A DNA stretch of 64,000 bases from Camelus ferus (lineage: Eukaryota): positions 49,354,001-49,418,000 of the forward strand of contig NC_045697.1 in assembly GCF_009834535.1 (NCBI RefSeq). Direction: 5' to 3'. Each line of letters starts with the position of its first letter. Position 1 is the stretch's first letter. Shown here in pieces: positions 12,501 to 24,500 of the stretch. Under the pieces are notes generated by a model. That model was not told the DNA's origin and did not search any database. It saw only the letters and a list, made by a program, of their open reading frames with translations. The translations under genes and the position numbers were made by a program.

Positions 12501-15500
12501 ATTAAGATTAAAAAGAAATTTGAAAAAAACCCTTTCCATTTTAGCATTTTGGTAACAAGATACTGGAGTATGGAATAACATCTTTTAATTTGTTATGTTA
12601 TTACTTTATTAAATAATGTATGAATAATACGTTATTATAAAAAATTTCAGATACTATAGATGCAATAAAAGTTTTCTTGATCTTTTCTTATTTCCACTTC
12701 CCAGTTCCTTCATAGATAACCATTTCGTTTCCCATGCATTTATATATGGATGTGTGCACATATTGCCTTATGTGGGTCTTTGAAATATATATAAATAATA
12801 TATGTATTATTTTGCAACCTGCTTTCTTTGTGATGACATATATAGATGTACCAATGCATTTAGATATTCTTCTATTAGTACGTATAGATCTACCTCATTT
12901 CTTTAGGTTCCATAAAATACAAGTGTACTATAGTTTAAGCATTTTCCTCTTGATAAATAATTATTTCCAGTTTCTTTTTTCAAATAAAAACAAAGTTACA
13001 TTCTGTCTGGGTGTTGTACTTCAATAAGCTAAAAGCAAAATATAAAAACAAGAATCAGTGCTGCAGTGAAAATCTTTGTATGCACCTATTCATGCACATT
13101 GGGCAAATTTTTTTTGAATTTTTAAAGCTGCGTTTATTTTTAATAGTTGCATACAAAGAGTATAATACAAAGAAGTGATTGAAAGGATTACTCTCTTTTT
13201 TCTGTGTAGATTTTCCTTGTTTACAGTTTTACAAAGTTATTTCTTCTTTAGGATGAAGGACCAACAGCAAGAGACCTGCTAGTGCAGTACGCCACAGGGA
13301 AGAAAAGCTCCAAAAACAAGAAAAAGTTGGAAAAGGCTATGAAAGTGCTCAAGGTGAGATTTGTACCTGGGAAATGAGGTAGGAATCATTAGAACACAGA
13401 ATATGTGGGTTTTAGCCAATGCCTTTAAGAATTTAAAAAAAAGAAAATAGCATTTTTGAAAGATTTAGAAACGTGTGGTGAATTTTTAAGTACTAATCTT
13501 TTATTTTAATATTTTTAAATTTTTATGGTGGTGCTAGGGATTGAACCCAGGACCTTGTACATGCTAAGAGCACATGCTATACCACTGAGCTAAACCCCCA
13601 CCCCCAGCACTAATTTTTTAGATAGTTGTTTTCAGCTGTAGCAAAATCTGACTTGAATGAATTATTTTGATTAAATTCATCTTTCATTTGTTTTGGTCAC
13701 AATAGCCTGTATTAGGGTATCTTTGCTAGACATGTCTTTTCAGAAGAGTGTGCAAATGAAGTACATTTGTGTTTTGTAATGATTATTTGAAAATCATTAA
13801 TTTGGCCCTTGTGTGTTTTTTAATGTTTCTATTTCCAAATTCCTTTAAGTCTCACAGATGCTAAATTCCTAAGGTTTAATCTTAAAAGACAAAAACTTCC
13901 TTTAGTTCTTCCAGTTGAAAGAAAGGTTTTTGGAACAAAGATTTTTTTTTTTTCTTTTTAAATAGTGTAGTGGACTTGATAACAACCTTGAGCACATTAG
14001 CACATTTAGTCCCAAGGGCCTCATCACTGTAATTCAGAATGTAAATGTTTGCTCTCCCTTTCTTTCAGAAACAAAAGAAGAAGAGAAAGCCAGAGGTGTT
14101 CAACTTTTCAGCTATTCACTTGATTCATGATCCCCAAGGTACTATAATTATGACTTTCCAAGTTCCTTGTTGGCTTTGTCTACCTAAATAGTTTCCTTCC
14201 TTCAAGGTTACCAGGGAATATAAAATCCTTGGCACTTTAACAGTCAACAAATGCTTGGTTGTTACTAGTTGGTTGTAGCCTAGAGAATTATGTTCTGAAG
14301 CAGTGATTCCCAGTCCACAGTAAAATAAGAAAAATGTAGAGGAACAACTCTCTTTGCAATTCTTGTCTTTAATAACACAATAGTGGTCAATTGTACTTAA
14401 CCAAGTAAAAAATTGACAGTCTTTTGTTGTTCTTTTTTTTTTTTTTTTTTTTAATTGGTCTTTGTAAACCAAAAGTTCGGGAACCCTATTCTAGAACACT
14501 AGTTCTCAAACTAGAGTGCACATTGGAATCACTTAGGGAATTTATAAAACTATACTGGTACTTGGGTCCTGTTATCCCCAGAGGCTGATTAGTCAGTATG
14601 AGGTATGGCTGGGCACTGGGGCTTTTAAATGCTCTCTGTACTCCAGTGTACAGCAAGTTTGTTGACCCCTCCTCTAGGTCAGTGTTTTTCAAACTTTGAG
14701 GAACGTACAGATCACCTTTGGATCTTGGTAAAGTACATATTCTGATTCAGTAGGTCTGGGACTGGGTCCTGAGGTTCAGTATTTCTAACACGTTAACAGG
14801 TGGAGAACTACTGGTGTTCTGCAGACCACACTTTGGGAAGCAAGGCCCTAGAGAACTGTTAAGTGGAACATTTGTCAAAGAATCAATCAGGATGTGGATG
14901 CTAAAAATATTCAGCATCCGTAAGACTTAACTTTGGGCATCACTGAAGGTTATTCACCTGTGTGTGAATCTTTTCACCTTCTGTCATGCTATTTTTTACC
15001 AGCCTGGTTCCGCAGAGTGATTTCAGGTACAGCCATACCAGAGTCAGTGATCAAACTACTGCCTTTCTCTACACCTGTTAGATGATGTTGTACAGACCAT
15101 GGGCCCACAGTGTACTTATGCGATACCCTCTTTTCCAGATTTTGCAGAGAAGCTACTGAAGCAGCTCGAGACCTCTAAGGAGAGGTTTGAAGTGAAGATG
15201 ATGCTCATGAACCTCATCTCCAGATTGGTGGGAATTCACGAGGTTTGGATTACATTATGTTTCTCTTGGTGAATATTAGAAATAAAATTATTCTTGGTTA
15301 AAAGAAAAGCCACTAAGAGAGCAGAAGTATCCCTCTAAACCATTTAAACCTATACAATTTACAGAAGGATAAAATCTTTCACTCTGAAAATAGCTATTTT
15401 TTTTAATCACTTTGTTTTCTTATCAGTAAGTACGGATGTTAAATTCTACGTGTGTTCAGTTTATGGTCAGACTATTTTGTGTTCTACTTTTTATGTAACT

Positions 15501-18500
15501 GTGTTTGACATACACATTTTTCTGAGCCATCATAACCCAGATATTTTTATTGACTATTACTACATTCTCAATTCACCCCATCATGGTTTTCCTGACTTCC
15601 ACACTACTCTAGCAGGCGATTGTCGTGTTAGCAAAGCTGTATTCTCTGGTCATTCATTTTATGTTCAGTTAGATTGCCAGAGCTCCTTGGTGGTATTATA
15701 TATAAATATATGGTGTATACATATGGAAACTTCACACATACTCTTAGACTAACTGCCATAGTTGAAAAGGAGAGATTCCAAGAATTCAGGCCGTAAAGAA
15801 ATGACTCTTAGGGTTAATCACTATCATTCTGCTCTTGTGTCTAGTGCTGTTCTGAGCATCACTGAATGTGTTGCTTTCTTCAAAAAGTTTTTCTTAAATA
15901 AAAAAATAAAACAAGAAAACAGGCTTCTTTACTGAAAATAAAATAATGTAGACATATATCAAGGTAAAAATGAAAGTAGACACGAGTGAAAGCATTTGTT
16001 CCTTTTCTCTAAGAAAAACTTAACATTTTAGTGATTAAATTGCTTTTTCTCCATGAGCTGCAGTTTTAAAGCAGGATTACCAGGTCAATTCTTGTTACAT
16101 TTGTGTAGCAATTTCAAGTCATACCTGAATTTGAGCTCCATAGGAAAACAAAATTTGTATTTTTTAAAATTTATGTTTGATTTGTAATTTAAGTGTGTCT
16201 TGATGGAAATGATACCACAGTTTCACAGCTGACCACAATTGAACATCCACCTTTATATTGACCCCACATCTTCCCTTTTACTTCTTTAGCCCTGGTTTTG
16301 CTCTGTGGCTAAAGTAGAAAAATAAAAAATTCATTCTCACGTGATGAACTTTGAAAAAGACCAGGCCATCTTCAAAGTACCTCTTCTTGAAGGCTTTAAT
16401 AACTAGGTCCTTGTCACCTTTATTTAGGTAGGTTCCAGAATGTGAGTGCTTTGTGTCTAACATATGGAGCTCAGGATAATTGCTCAGAGTAATTCCTCCA
16501 ATGTAGTTGGACTGGTATCCAATAATAAAACCAGATGTCTGGGTTTTTTGGTGATCAGATTATACTAGATGCTATTCAGATTTGAATTACTCTTTTGTCC
16601 CTTCCTTTGAGCTTTAATAGCAATGCTGTTCCTTCCTGTAGTCCTCTTTATCTTTGAAGAGTAAAAAGTTGATTTTGCAGCCATACCAATTTTAAAAGTG
16701 GAAGGATGTTGCATTTTGGTTGCCTTTTTTCCCACCTTGTTTATTCTGCATACACTCCTTCTTTCTTGACATAATAATAGCAACATAGCCTTCCTTTCCT
16801 TGGTTAATCAGAACATAGATTCACCCTGGGGCATGAATGCTTGTTGGAGAAAAAAAAAGTAAAAAAACTATTCCTACTCAGTTGAATGTGGTGATATAAT
16901 TGCATTAGGGGGAAATTAAACTCTACAGCCTAGCTACATGAATATTAAAGTCAGTGCATTCTTCTTGCCACAGCTTTTTCTCTTCAACTTCTACCCCTTT
17001 GTGCAGAGGTTCCTGCAGCCCCACCAAAGAGGTAAGCCTCCCACTTGCCATGTTCCTTTCATGGCTTTGGGGTAATAACAACCTCCCGGAGTCTTGTTCT
17101 AGAATTATTAAAGACAGGAGTTAGGAGGAAGTGTGTTCTATTTCCAAGACAACAAATCTGTGTGTTTTCTTTCCATAGTCTGCCATGAGGTAGTTGTTCT
17201 GCTCATCAACTTGAGAAAGTTATTGAGGGGTAGGGAGTGGCACAAAATAAAAAACCAGTTTCTCAAAGCAAGTCTTTTTGTGATACCACAAATACTCATG
17301 TGGAAAATTCTAAAAAGGAATTTTGTCCTTTTACTGTATCTTTGTAATGGATAGCAAGATTTCATCTTACTGCTCTCATTTGTATTCTTAATTAAAAACA
17401 GCATAAAAGAAAGACCCAAGTCACTAAGCAAATTAACGACAAGTTAGGCTTCACCTCACTTCTTTATTTTGCCAGAGGCCTTGTTCTTTATATCTACTGC
17501 CCCTTTGAAGGGAGGGTATGTTTCTGTGTTTGTATTTATTCAGTGATTTCTAGTATGGGCACTGCATTAGACACCAGTGAACACAAAGTAACGTCCTTAC
17601 CTTCATAGAGCTTACATTCTAGAGGGAGGTACAGAGAGTGCTGTATATAATATGTTCAGGTGAAGATAAGTATTTTGAGGAAAAAGGAAGCAAAGTAAGG
17701 GCAATAGGGAGTGCTGGGGTGGGTTCTATTTTAGATTATGTGGTAAGGAAAGACACTTTGATAAGGCAGCAACTGAGCAGGGACTGAAGGCAGCGAGGGA
17801 GTGAGCTGTGCAGGCATCTGAGGGCTGGGTGTTCCAGGCAGAGTAAGCAGCAGTAGCGTGTGCTTGCCGTGTTTGCTGTAGTCCTGAGAAGCAGGGCAAT
17901 AGACTGACTATGACCCTTCTGATCTCTTACATGTTTAGAAGTAACAAAGATCCTTCTGTTTGCTGCGCAAGCATCTCATCACTTAGTCCCTCCGGAGGTG
18001 AGAACTTGTAAACCTTACTTCTGTTTGGATCTGGTGCATGATTAGCAGTGCCACTAACTGTATCATAGTGGCTTTTCCACTGAGTTACTGGGTTCCACTG
18101 GGTTCCACTGAGGTTACTTTTCTCCCTGCCTTTTTTAAACTGAGTAAAACAGACACTAACTCTTAAGAAGATACACGTAGACATTTAGTTTTAGAAGCAA
18201 AAAAAATTTACTACAAAAAGTGAAGTTTGTTTTGGACAAATTGTTGGGAATTCTGGTTTTATTGCCAAATTTTATGGTGGGGAAGGCAAGAATATTGGTA
18301 AATATGTAGTGATCATTTTTCAAAGCTGATAATCCCTTTGATTAAAACAGCATTGGATTTTCCTAGGTCAAAGAAATTTTAAAATCCAGATTGAAAGCTC
18401 ATATTAAAAGAGAGTTGAATTTAATCTAAAGATAGCCAAGAAGAAGGCTGAAACTCAAAGAGGAGTAGTTTTCTGTCTGTCTTCCTCAGTCTTGATCCTT

Positions 18501-21500
18501 CCACTGAAGATGGAGGGCTGTTTTTCTACCATAGTAGTCTATTGTGCCTTTGTCCTCAAGTGTTTTGAGTCGGTGTGGACAGTATACCTGTGCTCATTTC
18601 TTCTTTTACTCCCATTCAGATCATCCAGTCAGTACTCATGACTGTGGCCAACAATTTTGTTACCGACAAGAACTCCGGGGAAGTCATGACAGTAGGGTAT
18701 GTAAGTGTGCCTGGAGGCAGTGGATGTGGCTTTAATATACTGGGTTTGCCTTACATTACCAAGATGTAAAATTTCAGCTATAATGTGCTCTCTGGAAAAG
18801 CAGTTTAAAATATACTTCAATCTTCCTCAGAAGATGTGTTTTTAATTTATTGGTCACAATTTTGATGGGGGAACCAGAGAAAAGATATTTGTCCTTCTAA
18901 TCAATGTTTTGGGTTTTTGGGGTTTTTTTTTTAATACTAACTTTACTCTTTAAATGAATGCTTGTGTGGCAGTCTCAATGTTTTTTTCTCCTGTCTCCTA
19001 CCCTGAATCCATTTTTCCCTGGAACAAATGATTTGTTATTGAATCACTCTTTAATCCCAAAGGCAGTTCAGTAGCCCTTTGGATTAATTCAGAAACACTT
19101 AATGAGTGTGAGAACTGGTTTAAGGATTATCTAATCTGTCCTAATAACTAAGTAGAATGCTTAACAGCCGCTTTTTATCTCCCTAGGAAAGTATTGCTGG
19201 GATAACAGCTCTAAAGACTTTTAGCTTTTCCTTATTTGACCTAGTACCGTCTCCCGTAGAGCTGGTGAATTAATGCTGCTATCATTTACAGGCATACCTC
19301 ATTTTATTGCACTTTGTTTTATTGCTCTTCACAGATACTGCATTTTTTCATTTGTTTGTTTGTTTTTATTTTTTAACAAATAAAAGATTCGTGGCAACCT
19401 TGTGTGCAACAAGTCTGTAAGCGAATTTGCTTACTTCATGTCTTTGTGTAACATTTTGGTAATTCTCACATTATTTCAAACTCTCCACCAGCAAAAAGAT
19501 TCTGACTTACTCAAGATGAAGGTTAGCATTTTTTAGCAATAAAGTATCTTTTAATTAAGATATGTACTTTTTTAAGACATAATGCTATTGCACACTTAAT
19601 ACACTACCGTATAGTTTAAATATAACTTCTGTACACACTGGGAAACTAAAAATTTGTGTGACTCACTTTATTGCAATGGTCTGGAACTGAACCTGCAATG
19701 CCTCTGAGGGAGGCCTGCACTGTACTGGGATGACACTGTTCCTTATTCAACTAGTAGAGGAAGTAGCAGTGAACTGTCTGGAATCAAAGCCCTCTGAGGC
19801 TCCCCACCCTCACACTCTCTACCATGCTGTAATTTTAGAGACCTAAGCCCTATAAAACCAATGTACATTCCTTTTGATTTAGTCTTTTTAGGAAACCTTC
19901 TTGGGCTGAACCACATGAAACTACTGTTTTGGTTTTTTTAATTCATTGTTTCCTTTTCTAGAATCAATGCTATAAAAGAGATAACAGCTCGATGTCCTCT
20001 AGCCATGAGTGAAGAACTTCTCCAAGACCTGACTCAGTATAAATCACACAAAGATAAGAGTAAGTGGTGTGTTGTTCTTAGTGGGTAAAATAGTATAGAA
20101 TAACTCATTTTTACCTCAATAGATTCTTTGCTTTGACATTTCTAATTAAAGGTGTTATTTCCCAGATGTGACGATGTCCGCTAGAACTTTGATTCAGCTC
20201 TTCCGAACACTAAACCCTCAGATGTTGCAGAAGAAACTCCGGGTAGGTGAAGCATACATATGTTGATCAAGGGTTTGGTCTCAGACAGTGAGAGTAATTT
20301 CCTACAATTTGCATTTTACTATTTCTGTTGCTTCCATTAGGAGTATTGGTGATACGTGTAGTTTTCTTCTTCAAGCTCAGAATAAAATTGGTTGAATGCT
20401 GTTGCTTAAGTATTTTGTAGTTGGTATATGCTCTTTGATGATGGCTGAATCTCAGAGACCTGTCAGGCTCTTTCAAGTCAGTAGCCGATGCCGGAACTAA
20501 ACAGGCTATTCCCTACCCAGTTACTACCTCTTTCAAGTTGGGCAGGAAGAGAGATGTATGTATGTAGCGGAAAGAGAGATGGTGATCTTGAGACTTAAAA
20601 TATCGAAGTTTCCTTATCTGGATCAGAAGAAAACAGTGGGCAGAGTTGTGGCTGGGGGATTTACTTTGACTCAAGACATAGTGGATTATTTTTGTCATTT
20701 GCTTGCTCCCATTTTTTGTGATTCTCCCTCTAAATTCATAATCCTACAGAATCCTTTTCATGAACAGTGTTTTGCAAACTAAGCACCTTACTGAAAACTA
20801 ATTCCTTTCCTTTAGGGTAAGCCTACAGAGGCCTCTGTAGAAGCAAGAGTGCAAGAATATGGAGAACTAGACACTAAAGATTACATTCCAGGAGCAGAAA
20901 TTCTGGAAGTTGAAAAAGAAGAAGAAAATGCTGAAGACAATGAAGGTTCATTTTTATTTCAACATTATCCTGGACAAAATCACCCCTACTAGTTCTGTAT
21001 TGGTCTTGAAGTGTTTATGCTGTTTGAACACTCATTCAGCAGATATTTACTGAGTAATGACTGCGTGCCAGACACTGTTGCCAGCATTGAGTCAAATGGG
21101 CATGGTTCCTGCTCTGAGGGAACTTATGTTCTCATGTAGGACATGCCTTTTCAGGTCCTACATGGCGACTGCCTGTTATCAAGGACATGCTGTATGACAC
21201 TTGGGAAAGATAATGGGTTTTTGTTTGTTGACTAGAAAAAAGTCATGAAGATTAATCCTTGGCAATCCTTCAGAACTCTCCTGTTGAAGGAGAATACTTG
21301 GGAACTTGTTGAAGAATGCTTGAGGAACTCCATTCCGATTTCCAGGGTTCGCTTTTGTTGCATTGGTTGCTAGGGTCCTATCTTCCTGTTTGTTGATTCA
21401 TTATTTCAACAGAGCTTTCGTTAGCATTAGCTATGTGTCAACCATTGTCAAAGCAAAGATGAATGATATGGTTCCTGCCCTTGAGGGTCTTTCATAAGTA

Positions 21501-24500
21501 GCTAATAAAGCATTAACAGGATTTACGCAAAGTGGGTCATAAGGGCTGGAGAGGTGTCAGGTCCACCTCAGAGGTTCAAAAAAGGCTTCAAGGAAATGGT
21601 GACCCATGGGCTGTATTTAGAATGAATGGCGAACAATGGTAGAGTAGTGGAAACTTCCCATGCAAACTGTGAGCAAAGTCCTGAGGAGTTTAGGAAACTG
21701 TTAGCATGTGGGATACAAGGTGATGCGTAGCAAGCTATGAGACTAGATTTGGGGCCTTGTCATGAGTGGTTGTGTACGCCATACCTAAGAGCTGGAACAC
21801 TGTCTTCCAGAATGTGGGCATCCTCTGAGAGACTGCAGGTATCCTTGGTTTTTAAAGCTTACTGTGGTGGCTCCATTAGGAAGGCTCTAATACCTCCTTA
21901 TTGAGGTGTCTGCAGGGTTCTTGCACAACCAAAATCTTCTATCTTGGTTCTCTAAATGACTTGTTTCTCACCAATTTCTCAAATGTGTAAATATACTTAG
22001 ACAAGTTAGATGCTTGCTGTGTGGCCAGTATGAATAAACAGGTGCAGTTTTGATGGTCGCGGTTTGGTGGAAGGAGCGTGGGCTGTAGAGTCAGACATGA
22101 TTCTTGTCATTTCCGTATGGGCTGCATTTCTGGCAGTGCAGTCTCAGGCTGGTTACTGAACTCCAGAGGCTGTTCCTCTTGAGTCCTGACGGTTAGAAAA
22201 AGATTGTAAAGTTATAGCTCATGGTAGGTATTTGGTCAGTGCTTATTCTCCATGCCTTGAGTAAGTAAAATTGATGTGGCTTAGTTAACAATAATATCGC
22301 TCAGTCCTTGGTGAATAGAGCATCTGTTTGAGGTTCATTACCTAAATTTTTTTTCACTTGATTTCTTCAGTGCACGGTGAGCACGTGACATAAAGTGGGG
22401 TGCTAATGGTGAGCTCTTTTCACACAGATGGGTGGGAAAGTGCCAGTCTCAGTGAGGAGGAAGATGCCGATGGCGAGTGGGTTGATGTGCACCATTCCTC
22501 GGATGAAGAACAGAAAGAAATCGTAAGTCCTGATGTTTCCTGTTCCAAGTGTTGGGGGGGGGGCTTCGCTCTCACTGGAGCCACAAGCCGTTTAAGCCAA
22601 TGTCGTGCGCTTTAAGTCCGAGAAGCTGAACAGCTTGCCCCTGGAGGAGCGGAAAGCCAAAGCCGCAGCCGTCAGCACTAGCCGAGTTTTAAGTCAGGAA
22701 GACTTCCAGAAAATCCGAATGGCCCAAATGAGGAAAGAACTCGATGCTGCCCCCGGGAAGGCACAAAAGAGGAAGTATATTGAAATAGACAGTGACGAGG
22801 AGTCCAGGTAAAACAGCACGAACCCCAGCTCTTTAGTCAGCTCACACGATAGTGAGAGTATTAGGGAAGGAACTTCCGCCCTTGCTTCATACTGTGTTGT
22901 TTTCTTCACCCCAGGGGTGAGTTACTTTCTCTTCGGGACATTGAACGCCTTCACAAGAAGCCAAAGTCCGACAAGGAGACGAGGCTGGCAACCGCAATGG
23001 TGAGTGAGGCCTGTCGTTCCCTAGATCTTCAAACAGAAAGCAAATAAAGTGAAGTATGACCCATAACTCACCTAGGCCCAGAACTGCAGGATTTTATGCT
23101 TACATTTTAGATAAAGGTGTAATTAATGTAGCATCAAAGGCAGAGATGTGAGGGGTTCAGTTAGGTGAGTTGTAACAACTTGATAGCCATGTAACCACCG
23201 TCCAGGACAAGCTGTAGCGTGCAGAAGACACTGCTATGTGTGCTTGGTACCGGGGACTCAGGACAATTATCAGAGCTGTTAGACAAGCCCAAGGGTATTT
23301 ACACTCATTCAAGAAAAGCCAGAGACAGCTGGAGTCTGCCTGTGGCAATTACTGTTGCTGTTCATGATTTTTAACCTGGCTACATTTCCAGCTTCATTTT
23401 CTCTACCTTCACTTGTTTCAGGCACCATTCCAAACGGGCTCCACATCACCCTCTGTTTTCCGTTTGTACTGAAGCTTAAACTTTAGATAAGTTTGAAAAC
23501 CCATGTCCTTTCTTCACCGCACTTTTGCATATACTATTCCTACTTCCTGAAGTGCTCTACCTTTGCCCTCCTTCCCCCAACCAGGAAGGCCTGCATCCTG
23601 CAAAAAAAAAAACAGCTCCTGGGTCTCCCTTTCTCGGAGGCTCCTCCGACCTCACCAGGCTGAACTAAAACCCTTTCTTCCACTGAGCTCTCCTTGCCCT
23701 ATTATGATACATCATGGTCATTTCTCCCCTGGACTGAACTGAGTTGCTCGGGAGCAAGGACTTTGTTCCACCCCCTTTAGTGCCCTTAGCATCCAGTAGA
23801 GCTCCTGGCACAGAGGAGATGTGTATGTTGATGAGATAACTCCTGAAGTGGTATTTGTGTGTATGCTGATAGGCTGGCAGAACAGACCGAAAAGAATTTG
23901 TGAGGAAGAAGACCAAAATGAATCCATTTTCCAGTTCCACAAATAAGGAGAAGAAAAAACAGAAGAATTTTATGATGATGCGGTACAGTCATAGCGTCCG
24001 GTCAAAAACTAAGCGTTCCTTCCGAGAAAAGCAGGTGAGTTCAACTTGAAGCTTGTCTGGGTAGAGTAGCATTGTCATTCTAATGTTTCCCTGCATTTGA
24101 GTGGAGTTGTGCCTTCTAAGACCTTGTATTATGTGAGTCTTATGGTTAATGGGGAGCATAATTGGAGAGCATGGAGAGATGGAAAACAGTCAGGTAAATC
24201 CTAGACCTGACTTGGTTGAGACTGAGCTGTTTGACCAAAGGGAGCCCATTTTTCCTCCTCTGTAAATAAAGGAGTGTAAGCTAGATGGTCTCTAAGGTCC
24301 ATTCCTATGCTAAAATTCTCTTGACGTTGCATCTATGAAATATAATAGGAAAACTAACTGAAGAATAATTTTTGCGTGCCTATTATCTGCCTGGTACTTT
24401 TTTCCAAAAAGCAATAATAATAAGTGGTAATATCTCAGAAACAGTTTCAGGAAAGGGGTACAAACCAAACAGTTCTGTTGTTGGCATGATCCTTCCTATA

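Noticed and set aside
22523..22616. U12-type intron, also considered for intron 3 (5667-8178)
   Set aside because: Donors are GTAAGT and GTAGGA rather than GTATCCTT, and there is no clear TCCTTAAC branch box
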